A DNA stretch of 64,000 bases, taken from positions 62,001-126,000 of IMG/VR virus record IMGVR_UViG_3300031951_021456; one strand, written 5' to 3'. This document shows positions 39,655-49,616 of the stretch, in pieces; position 1 is the first letter of the stretch, and every line of letters starts with the position of its first letter. The position numbers and the translations under genes are program-made. The notes below the pieces were generated by a model. The model was not told where the DNA came from. It saw only the letters and a program-made list of their open reading frames with translations, and did not search any database.

Positions 39655-40251
39655 ATGAATCTCAATCAAGCGGCCCAAAACATGGTTTCCTTCTGGGAGG
39701 ATCCGAGAAACATTCCATTTAAGTGCAAATTAATATCTTTTACTGATAGTGGTAAACCTTGCATGTGTGCACAAGGACAAACACTCTTTAAAGAAGGTGG
39801 GTATTCTGTGGATCAGCTAAAGGAGATGCCTCAAGAAGTAGCAGATAAAGAAACTGCACGAATCTTAGGAATCTCAGTTTCTCATTCTTGGCTCTTGCGG
39901 CATATCAACGATTCTAGACTAGGTGCTCCGCAAGATGTTCTAACTAATCCAGAAAAATATCTTGGTCCCAATTGGGAAGCTGTACTGAAATTTTGGCATC
40001 TTTTGGATACTTTGAGTATGGACGAACTTAAGTGGGAAAAAGTTGGAATCCGCTTTTGTGCTTTAGATGAGTTTTATAGATGTTATTCTGAGAATGCAGT
40101 TTTAAAAGCTGCTGAAGATAATATAGAGATTTTCCATGCAAAAAACGTTTTCAATGATTGTTGTCGTGGTGTAGGTTTGGCAACCCTTGAAATCATTGGG
40201 TCTCATAAACTTCAAGAACATGTTTTTCTTCCTATGTTCTCCAACCTTTGA
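39655..40251 (+). CDS. MKIS-family paralog 13 with N-terminal CMCAQGQ domain
   Basis: Close copy of the 37465 gene at both ends, different in the middle of the family domain. Confidence 0.85.
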   Translation: MNLNQAAQNMVSFWEDPRNIPFKCKLISFTDSGKPCMCAQGQTLFKEGGYSVDQLKEMPQEVADKETARILGISVSHSWLLRHINDSRLGAPQDVLTNPEKYLGPNWEAVLKFWHLLDTLSMDELKWEKVGIRFCALDEFYRCYSENAVLKAAEDNIEIFHAKNVFNDCCRGVGLATLEIIGSHKLQEHVFLPMFSNL

Positions 40252-41797
40252 ATGATCATGAAACTTAAAGATCTCATCAAAAATCTGAATAGCCCGTCAT
40301 TTCCATTTTATGGTGATGAGTTTCTTCAAGAATTTGGAATTCATGATTATGTTAATTTACATGATAATGGCTTCACTGAAACATATATAAAAGTCTGGTA
40401 TTGCACTGATACTTGGGTTGGGCTTAAAGTTATTTTACTTGATGATGAACCTATTTGCATTTCAAGACAAAATTGCAGAAAAGGTGATATTCACTATGAA
40501 TGGCTCAATGAAGAAAAATTTCTAAGAACCAAAAGGTTTGTTGAGTCTCTTATTGATGAGCCAGATAAAATGAATATAGCTTATGCAAATTTAGAAGAAG
40601 ATTTTGACTGTTGTTATAGTGTTGAATATACAGGCCAATTGATGGAGAACTTTCATTCAAAAGCCATTCATAATGATAAAAATGTTACGTTAGATTGGGT
40701 AAAAATAAGACAAGAAATACAAAATGATAGAATCACCAAAAATGTCTGGATTTTTAGTGAAGAAGGCCAGGCTTCAGTATGTTTGGATATTAGTGAACTA
40801 AAAATTCCAATTAACACAATTAACTGAAATGAAACAAACTTTCTGGACTTCAAATTCTAATGCTAAGGAAATTCAAGGTTTACTCAAAAAATATAAAACG
40901 ATAAGATTTCGGGCAAATCCTATAATTATTGGAGATAGAATTGAATTTTGTTTGGGGGGAGATGTTGAAGAATTTAATCAATTTAACCAAGATGTAGATC
41001 TAATTGAGGAGAAATTAAAGGAAATTGATAAGAAACCACTGGGATTTTTTGGACAGTTGAAAAACTGGCTCAAAAATGATTTCATCAGCTAAAATTTTTA
41101 GTAAGATTAAATAGCAACACTCAAACAAAAACTATGAAGCCAGTTTTAATCTATCTGTATGTTGCAGCAGCTTTGGGTACTGCAATTGGATTGGGTAATG
41201 CCTCACCTCAAACCTCTGCGAAACAATTAGCTGCTGTAAGTATTTTATGGCCAGTCTATCATGTAGCAGTTTACACCTATAAGACTGCCAAGGACTAATA
41301 AGAACTCCTTATCATTCAAAGCTTGACATTTTTTGAATACGGCGCCAAACTCAATTTATCCAAATGAACATGGCCAACAAATGACAAACCACTCTTCAGA
41401 AAAAAATCAACAGTGGCTGGAAATGGAACAGACACTACAAGATAATGGTGGTAGTCAGCGAGTTAAAAGTATTTTGAAATATGTTTTAATGAATTTGGGT
41501 TACAGTCACAGAAGAGATTCTGTGATTTATTATCCAATTTACAACAAATCAGAAGTTTACTTCAATGGTGTTCTTATTGCAACTATTGATAAAAGACATA
41601 AGGCTGTTATTCTACCAAAATATGAGGAAGTACACCGAACAAAACCCGTAAAAGAAATGGTGAATAGAATTTTGATGCGTTTTTGTGGTGTAAAACTATT
41701 TCAGAAGGATAAAGCATGGTCTATTGTTAAACCATATGAAGATAATATGAATTTGGTTGAATCCATTTCAGTTCCTTTTCATGAATTAGACTCATAA
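40252..41797 (+). other. Hypothetical CDS (40252-40827, 40829-41092, a short membrane ORF from 41134, about 41380-41797)
   Basis: ORF track plus manual reading. Confidence 0.6.
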
Positions 41798-41873
41798 GAT
41801 CTGCTAATGCCTCAGGTGCTTGACAAACCATAATTCTTCCCCTATCATTAAAAAGTCTTCAACCCTTGAGCAA

Positions 41874-42266
41874 ATGAATCTTGCAGAACGTCTTAAGCGC
41901 CATTCTGACTTTTGTTCCGGCCTACCTGGTGGCGTGCGGTTTGATGCTCCCGGCGAGGATCTCAACTGGGCCAACCTCAACTGCGCCAATCTCAGTGACG
42001 CCAATCTCAACTGCGCCACCGGCAACATGAGGGAAATTAAGACCTCTCAATTTGACCAATGGGGCATTACATGGACACGATCCCCGGAAGGTATTGATTA
42101 TCTTCAAATTGGATGTCAACGACATCAACTTGAAAAGTGGAAAAATGCGGATCCACGATGGATTACTGCAATGGATCCGGCAGCGCCTGAATGGTGGGAA
42201 AAATATGGTCAATTTACCATCCAAATGGTTGAGCTTTCACCGGCTGTTGCATGGGGGCACGACTGA
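41874..42266 (+). CDS. Short pentapeptide-repeat protein
   Basis: LNWANLNCANLSDANLNCA followed by LQIGCQRH..W. Confidence 0.75.
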   Translation: MNLAERLKRHSDFCSGLPGGVRFDAPGEDLNWANLNCANLSDANLNCATGNMREIKTSQFDQWGITWTRSPEGIDYLQIGCQRHQLEKWKNADPRWITAMDPAAPEWWEKYGQFTIQMVELSPAVAWGHD

Positions 42267-42326
42267 CGCCGCTTGACAAGCCCGCGTGAATCCCCTAGTA
42301 TCAATGAGCAACTAGGGGATTCCCCC

Positions 42327-43760
42327 ATGATCATTCTCAGCTCTGAACAGAAACTGGCAATTGAAGCCGCAAGAAGACAGAATAGTAATTTAATTATTGA
42401 AGCTGTCGCAGGAGCAGGAAAAACTTTCACACTAATTGAAATTCTCAAAATACTAGAGGGTTCAATTGCCTTTACAGCTTACAATAAAGATATTGCAACT
42501 GAAATATCCCAAAGAATTTCTCCACTGAATCTTGATAATGTAAATGTTGGTACAATACATTCAATGGGGTTTGGTTCTATTCGTAGAGCATTCAAAAATG
42601 TTAAGGTTGATGGAAATAAACTCAATAAATTAGCCAAAGAAGAGTTTAATGGAGAATATGAATATCTACGTGATATCGCAATAAAGGGTGCAGAATTGGC
42701 AAAACAAGTAATGCCAAAAACCTTTGAAGACTGGCATAAAATGTTTGATCATTATAATTTATGGGATATGGTTTCCGAAGATGCTGCAATTGATGCTGCT
42801 CAATATTTGTTAAATGTTTCAAATAGTGTTAAAAATGTTGTAGATTTTTCAGATATGATCTATATGCCAATTCAATTCAATTTAAGAATTTGGCAATATG
42901 ATGTGATTCTATTAGATGAAGCTCAAGATACAAACCGAGCAAGACGAGAATTGATAAAGAAAATGTTAAAGCCTAATGGCATTCTTATTGCTGTAGGTGA
43001 TCCTCATCAGGCGATTTATGGTTTCACTGGGGCTGACCACAATTCTTTAAACATAATCAAAGAAGAATTTAATTCAGAGGTTTTAAGGCTATCAACAACC
43101 TATAGATGCCCAAAGAAAATTGTAGAATATGCTCAAAAATGGGTAGGACATATTAAAGCACATGAATCTGCACCTGAAGGACTATTAGATTTCTGTAAAA
43201 TTACAGATATAAATCCTAATCCAAATGATGCAATAATTTGTAGAAATACTCGCCCCTTAATTGAAATTGCTTACAAACTATTAAGAGAAAATATCTCATG
43301 TAAAGTTGAAGGTAGAAAAATCGGTGAAGGGTTAATTAAATTAATTAATAAGTGGAAGAGTGTCAAAACTGTTTGTCAATTAGAACAAAAATTAGACGAA
43401 TGGGCCGAAAAAGAAATACAAAAAAATAAAGATAAAGAAAAATTCACAGTATGTCAAGATATTGAAGATAGAGTTCAAACAATTAAAGTTTTTATTGAGC
43501 AATGTGAAGAAACTGATGGAATTGCAATTTTAATTCAAAAAATAAAGTCTTTATTTGAAGATAATACTAGCGGTTGTGTTATTCTTTCTACAATTCATAA
43601 AGCAAAGGGAAGAGAATGGAATCACGTTTATGCATTAGGAATGAATAAGTATTCTCCAAGTAAATGGGCCAAAATGGAATGGGAAATTAAACAAGAAAAA
43701 AATCTTTGTTATGTCCAAGTTACTAGATCTAAACATCATCTTACTATTGTTGAAGCATAA
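42327..43760 (+). CDS. SF1 UvrD/Rep-like helicase
   Basis: AVAGAGKT, LDEAQD, VGDPHQAIYGF, TYRCP, STIHKAKGREW and YVQVTRSK; ATG 42327. Confidence 0.93.
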   Translation: MIILSSEQKLAIEAARRQNSNLIIEAVAGAGKTFTLIEILKILEGSIAFTAYNKDIATEISQRISPLNLDNVNVGTIHSMGFGSIRRAFKNVKVDGNKLNKLAKEEFNGEYEYLRDIAIKGAELAKQVMPKTFEDWHKMFDHYNLWDMVSEDAAIDAAQYLLNVSNSVKNVVDFSDMIYMPIQFNLRIWQYDVILLDEAQDTNRARRELIKKMLKPNGILIAVGDPHQAIYGFTGADHNSLNIIKEEFNSEVLRLSTTYRCPKKIVEYAQKWVGHIKAHESAPEGLLDFCKITDINPNPNDAIICRNTRPLIEIAYKLLRENISCKVEGRKIGEGLIKLINKWKSVKTVCQLEQKLDEWAEKEIQKNKDKEKFTVCQDIEDRVQTIKVFIEQCEETDGIAILIQKIKSLFEDNTSGCVILSTIHKAKGREWNHVYALGMNKYSPSKWAKMEWEIKQEKNLCYVQVTRSKHHLTIVEA

Positions 43761-45608
43761 GCAACACTGATCAATAAGAGCTTGACAGACCACACTCAAG
43801 CTCTTATAATGTTAAAGATGCCAACCTACCAATTCTACAATGTCTAATCTTTTCGCCTGGAATGAAACCATTCAAAATCTTTACCCAGTTCAACCAATTC
43901 CTACAGTTCAACAAATTCTAGATGAAACTTCTGTTGGTAATGGTTTCCATAAATTTGCAGTTGAAGGTGGATTTGTTCACCTCACCACTGAAGTTTTCCG
44001 TCTAGCACTAGAAGATGCTTATGATCCCACCATGAGGGATTGGCAATTATCTGTTAAATTATGGGTATCGGATAAGACGGCAGAAACAAATTATTGGGAA
44101 AGAAGGTTACACCAAGCACTTATGAATGCAAGTGATGCATTATCAGGTGTCCATCATATTTTCACACAAAGATTGAAACGTGGTGAATGTAAAATAGAAG
44201 CTCGAGATCTTGAGAATTTAATGGGTGATTATGAAGTTTCAGTTAAAATTCTACAAGACTATGCTAAATATATGGAAAATCTCGTTAAAGATAAGGTAGA
44301 AAAAATCATAAGCAACCCTTATCAATCAACTCCTTGACACTGCCAGCCCCTTGGCATATACTTAAAAGGTCACACAGAGGACTCCAACCATGATCCATGC
44401 ATTTTTAACCACGGGCGCGTGCATTAGTGGTCATATTGGTGACCTTAACTTTAGAAACAAATTAAGGAATGAATCGTCAAGCGTCACGGAGATTCAAGCT
44501 GATGAAGATGAACTAGCTAGAGCATGTTCATTATTGGGAAGAAATCTTCCGCCGGTAAGATTTTACCATTTTGTTGGGGTTAATGCCCAAGAAATTGCAG
44601 CAAATTGGTAGGAATAATAAATTGCTCAAAGAATTAGGAGTTTAATTCTCCTCCAAATAAACTTTCAGATGGTTTATTTGTTCTCGCTTAGTGTAATTGA
44701 GGTTCCTTATTTGGAACCTCTACCTGAGCACATTAGTTTATCATCAAGGAGCCACAATGACAACTGAAACATTTGAAATTCAAATTTTAGTTGACAATCA
44801 ATGGACTAATGATGCCTCTTATTTGGGGCATGGTTGTAAACAAAGCCTGAATAAATTTGATGGTTTAGACACAGCTCAATCAGCAATAGAAAGTTTGATT
44901 GCTGTTGGGTTTGATGGCTCAAAATTAAGAGTAACAAGCCCGTAATACCCATAAGCTTTACTAATCATTCCAACCACCAACTAATCATGAAGATCAGCCA
45001 AGAAGCAAAGATTGTCAGACATCCAATGTCCATTTTGACAATTGACAGGAAAAATGGTATTGAAACAAGGGTTATCAGTCAAATGCCACAAGGAATTTAT
45101 GTTAATGATCGCTTATATTCTTATGCTGAGGCGATCCGTAAAGTAAATCCACTTAATCAGTTACACTGGCCGTCAGATGTTCATACACATGTTCATATGA
45201 ATGCTGTAACTGCATTCCTAAAAACCTTTGAAGCTGCATGTCTTAAAAAAGATTACATCCTTAAAGAGATTATTGTTAATGGTAATGGGTATATCTTTAA
45301 TTTTGACTTGGAAAATCAATCACTCTAAATCATGGCGCTTTTCAGTTTTCTTATTTCTGCATACCCCTATGTATGTTTCATGGTGTTCGGATTTTTTGTA
45401 GGAATTTCAACCTCCAATTGTGAGAGAAACCCAACTATATTTGAGAAATTAGTGCTCATTTCAACTTCTGCAATTTTGGCAATTTTATGGCCAATTGTAT
45501 TAATTATATTTTTTTGGTTGGTTGATCCATAAGCAACACTGATCAATAAGAGCTTGACAGACCACCCTCAAGCTCTTATAGTAAGAAAGTCAACTTCAAC
45601 CACACAAG

Positions 45609-46028
45609 ATGGATACCAACGATTTTTTCACACTTCTCGGACTTGAGCATCATCATGTAATGATAGGCTCTAGAGCTTATATGAATACGCCATATTCTGA
45701 TTATGATTATATGTGTTATATTTTCGATAAAGACGAAATATTACAGACACTTAATAATCGTGGAATTAAGTATAGTGTAAATGCTCACGGGACTATTCAA
45801 ATTCTTGTTAGTTTTTTTAAAACTTCAAAATTTGAAATTCCTCAAACCACTCAAATTCACATATGCTTTATTAAGGATTTTGTAGCATGGGAGAAAGCAA
45901 CTGATTGTATGAAAATAGTTTCTAAAAAAACTGAACTATTTTCTAATTGGTCTAAAAAAGATAGAATTAGTCTTTTCTGTGATTTTGTTGTGTATTTTGG
46001 TGGAGACAGGCCAAAAAACTGCTATTAA
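45609..46028 (+). CDS. Minimal nucleotidyltransferase-like protein
   Basis: MIGSRAY...SDYDY (GS-x-DxD). Confidence 0.55.
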   Translation: MDTNDFFTLLGLEHHHVMIGSRAYMNTPYSDYDYMCYIFDKDEILQTLNNRGIKYSVNAHGTIQILVSFFKTSKFEIPQTTQIHICFIKDFVAWEKATDCMKIVSKKTELFSNWSKKDRISLFCDFVVYFGGDRPKNCY

Positions 46029-47287
46029 ATGGGGTTGATCCATAAGAAATCCTGATCAATGAGAGCTTGACAAACCACGCTCAAGCTCTTATAGTAAGAA
46101 AGTCAACCTCACTTGCACCATGGACAACAAGAGCATTCAAGTCGGTCGGTTGTGGACAGCTTCCCTAGCATGGAAAGATGCTGCAGAAGTATATTTAATT
46201 GCAGGAGATCTCAATAAGTATCGACACTGCAAGAAAGAACAGGCTGATCTTCTTTTGATGAGAGCAAAGATTCTTAAAGAGATTGCTGATGGAAATAATT
46301 CTCCTGATTATGTCTGGAAAGCTAAGATTTCCACATCAGCAGTGCAATTGCCCATAAGCAACACTGATCAATAAGAGCTTGACAGAATCTCAAAAATCCA
46401 TTAGTTTACCTTCATCCGCAACACTGATCATGAACAACAAGGAATTGTTTGAATCGCATTTGAACGAGGCATACATTGATTTATTTCAAAATGATGCAGA
46501 CTATTCTTATGCAGCAGCCAGAAAAACTCCTGCTGAATTGGCATCTTTAATGACAGTTTCTTTAGCCAGGGGTGAAGCCAATTTGGAAGGTGAGGGTATA
46601 ACAAGAGCCTGCAAAGCTGTAGGAATAAAGAAAACCCGTAAAGCAATTAAAGAATTTTTGAATAAGCCATAAAATCTAAAAGATAATTTTAGTCTTAACC
46701 CATTCAACACTCCAATGGAAAATCTTTTTGTCAACATCAACCGACGGTCTGATCCAGATTCACCTAAATGGGTTAGATTGAGTGAGATTCTTACATTTCA
46801 TGATACAATTTTCGGTGTTAGAGTAATTTGCAAGGGAGGACATAAGTTTACCGGAACATTGAAATCAAAATTTCTAATGCATGTAATTGCAAAAACTACA
46901 AATACTACATTGAATGATATTGACTATTCCATTTGATTAATGAAAATCATTAAATTAAGACATCTTTCGCAAAACTCACTCATGAATTATTCAATAGGGC
47001 ATTGGTATATGAAAGGTTGCCTTGCATGTTATAGAAATGCCTTTCTAAATGAAGAAATTTTTTATAACAAAGAGACTCTACTAATTTCTATTGAGAATGT
47101 GAAAAATTCTCGTAATAGTTATATTACAGAAGAGGCATATCAAACTGTTTTGAGACATTTTGAGGCTGGACTTCTTCTTTTTGAATGTCAAAATAAACCA
47201 TAAGCAACACTGATCATTCAATAGCTTGACAGCAGCTCAAAAACCCATTAACTTACTTTCATCCACATCAGGGAGGTTTCCCCGCTC

Positions 47288-47938
47288 ATGATTACTGAAT
47301 CTGAAGTCAATTCTGCGGTTTATACGCTTCTGCGGTCTAAGAATCTTGAGCATCTTAATGCTCATTCGGGGCTTATTGCCAGGATCAGGAGAGAATGGAA
47401 TTCTTTCAAGAAATCTGCAATAAGTCTAGGGTTTAACCCAGAAGAACACCGCTTAACTGCATACAATATTGCTGAAGGTGATCTATGGGATCATGCTGCA
47501 CATGACTGGATTTTAACTAGAGAAGGTTGTGGGTGTGGTTTCTGGGATGGTGATTGGGAAAAGAATATGGGAGAAAAGCTAACCGAATTGTCCAAGACTT
47601 TCGGGGAGTTGGATGTATATTCTGAACGGGGCTATGTTTATAGCGAGTTCCCATGTAATATCAATAAGATTGCAACTTATTGTTTTATTAAATATAAAAA
47701 CTTCAGCCAACGCGGGGCCAGCCTCATTCAATTCCCACAGAAAAACGCAACTTCATATCTGGTTAAATTACCTGAGATTGATAAACACTGGAGAAGGATT
47801 AACTGTAGATGTGTATCTATAGATGGTGGGTTTGAATTTATAGATTGGTGTCATGTGAAGGGAGAAAAAATTTGTCTAGGGAATATATTAGGTAGAATTT
47901 ATGTACCTGTAGATGATGTTGTTAAAGTTGAACTATAA
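47288..47938 (+). CDS. Two-domain hypothetical protein, paralog of 50279
   Basis: Shares SEVN.A, REW.SFK.SA..GF.PE.HR, AHDWI, INKIATYCF.KY and KLPEID..WRRI with 50279. Confidence 0.75.
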   Translation: MITESEVNSAVYTLLRSKNLEHLNAHSGLIARIRREWNSFKKSAISLGFNPEEHRLTAYNIAEGDLWDHAAHDWILTREGCGCGFWDGDWEKNMGEKLTELSKTFGELDVYSERGYVYSEFPCNINKIATYCFIKYKNFSQRGASLIQFPQKNATSYLVKLPEIDKHWRRINCRCVSIDGGFEFIDWCHVKGEKICLGNILGRIYVPVDDVVKVEL

Positions 47939-49616
47939 TGGATTCTAATCAATGGAGGCTTGACAGCGAGAGATAAACCCCTTACAGTAACAGAGTAATC
48001 CACCACACTCAAAACAATGTCAACAAAAAGAGAGCTTCAAAGTGAAATTGAAAGTTTGAAAAGAGACATAGATTGCATAACCAATAGAATTAAAGAAAGA
48101 GAAGAAGAATTATCTAAGTATTCAGCACCAGATCGCATTAGAGATGCTGATGTTGGTGAAACATTGGCAGATGGTTGTGTATTGATAGATTTTCTACGTG
48201 GCAAAGACCGAGCATGGGCAATTCTAGGCGCACCCGTAGAAACCATTCAGTACACTACGCTTAAAGATATGGATAAAATTAAAAAAGAATTATCATTAGG
48301 CCCAGAATGGTTTCTACCTACACACCAAATTGCTAAAAGTATTTGCATTGATCCTTGCCATTTTGAACTTCTCCCGGTGGGTGAGTATTGGACATCTATT
48401 TCTGAGAATGAATATATTCTCATTGCGGAGAATAACGCGCTTGTATTTGCCACCTTAAGATACGCGAATAACAACAATCTTTCTAGACTGGCTTGGTATT
48501 GTAAGATTGTTGAGTTTAGTGTGCATCCATCATACGATTATTTACCTTATTGATCTATAAGAACGACTTATCAATAAAAGCTTGACAAGCCATAATTCTT
48601 CCCCTATCATTAAAAAGTCTTCAACACTTGAATCAATGACTGATCAAACTGCTCGCCAGCGTGCAATCCATGCAGCTAACATGCAATGGGCTGCACACCT
48701 AAAGCGAACCGCTCAAAAAGCTGCTCAAGATGCAGATAAAGCTTCTCTAGCAGCCTCTCAAGCACATGACCGAGTAAACACTCTTCGTGCAGCATTAGCG
48801 GCTGCTCATGCTAATCTTCAAAGTTCAATAGCAGCAGCCATCACAACACAAGATATTTCAAATAATGCTAAGCTAAATGCCATAGATGCTCGTACAGATT
48901 ACCATACTTTTATGGATAGTATCAAATAATTGTATCATGAAAAACGGTTCATATTGGTCGGATAAAAGAGACATTCCAAGCGGAAAATATGGTAAGACTA
49001 AGCTGCCTGACTGTGAATGTACTGGTATATTTACATGTAGAGTCTGTTTAGATTATAGTATTATTAGGGACAAAATCTTTCCAAACTCATGAAAAGTTTT
49101 CACCAACAACTGGCAACATTCAAAGCTCTTGACAAACAAAAAAGAGAGAATCCTTTTCGTAAGGAATGGATAAATTCACAGTCTCTCCATTATACAGAAA
49201 GATGGAAAAAAGAAGCTGATATTATTAAAAGGTATGTTGAATTATCACGAGGAAAGTTTCCTGATTTTGTTCTAGAGAATTTTTATTGCTTAAAATATAT
49301 GATAACAGGGGAAGCTTTTAATCTTGGCTGGGGTTTTGAATGTAATAATGTAATTTATTGGAAAGATACAAAAAGAGAGATAATGGCTGAATGGATGGAT
49401 AGATATAATCACACATGCGATTATCTAGGACCAATTAAAAGAGTAACCATGCTGGAAAGTATGCTGTATAATAGATTCAATTTTATAGGGCCAATTGAAC
49501 GAAAAATCTTGCATGAAAGTATGCGGAGTGACTCATATGGAATTCTAATGCCTCAAGGTCTTGACAAAAGCACTTGAGACATTCTAGTATAAACAAGTAA
49601 TCCACAGAGGGTTCCC

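Larger units (their letters stand above)
43840..49577 (+). other. Array of singly promoted small hypothetical CDS (43840, 44390, about 44757, 44987, 45332, 46120, 46430, 46715, 46940, 48017, 48636, 49089)
   Basis: Most are preceded by their own class B promoter. Confidence 0.65.

Noticed and set aside
9430-40251. Diversity-generating retroelement as the source of MKIS-family variation
   Set aside because: No reverse transcriptase or template repeat is present in the window, and the differences include indels and are not adenine-specific.
37411-48635. Apparent shared N-terminal peptide MT(N/S)HN..(P/T)IIK(K/R)SSTLE in ORFs 37411, 41820 and 48582 (also TTG starts at 42273 and 46379)
   Set aside because: The TTG is the -35 box TTGACA and the peptide is translated promoter/leader. 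True ATGs lie 51-54 nt downstream.
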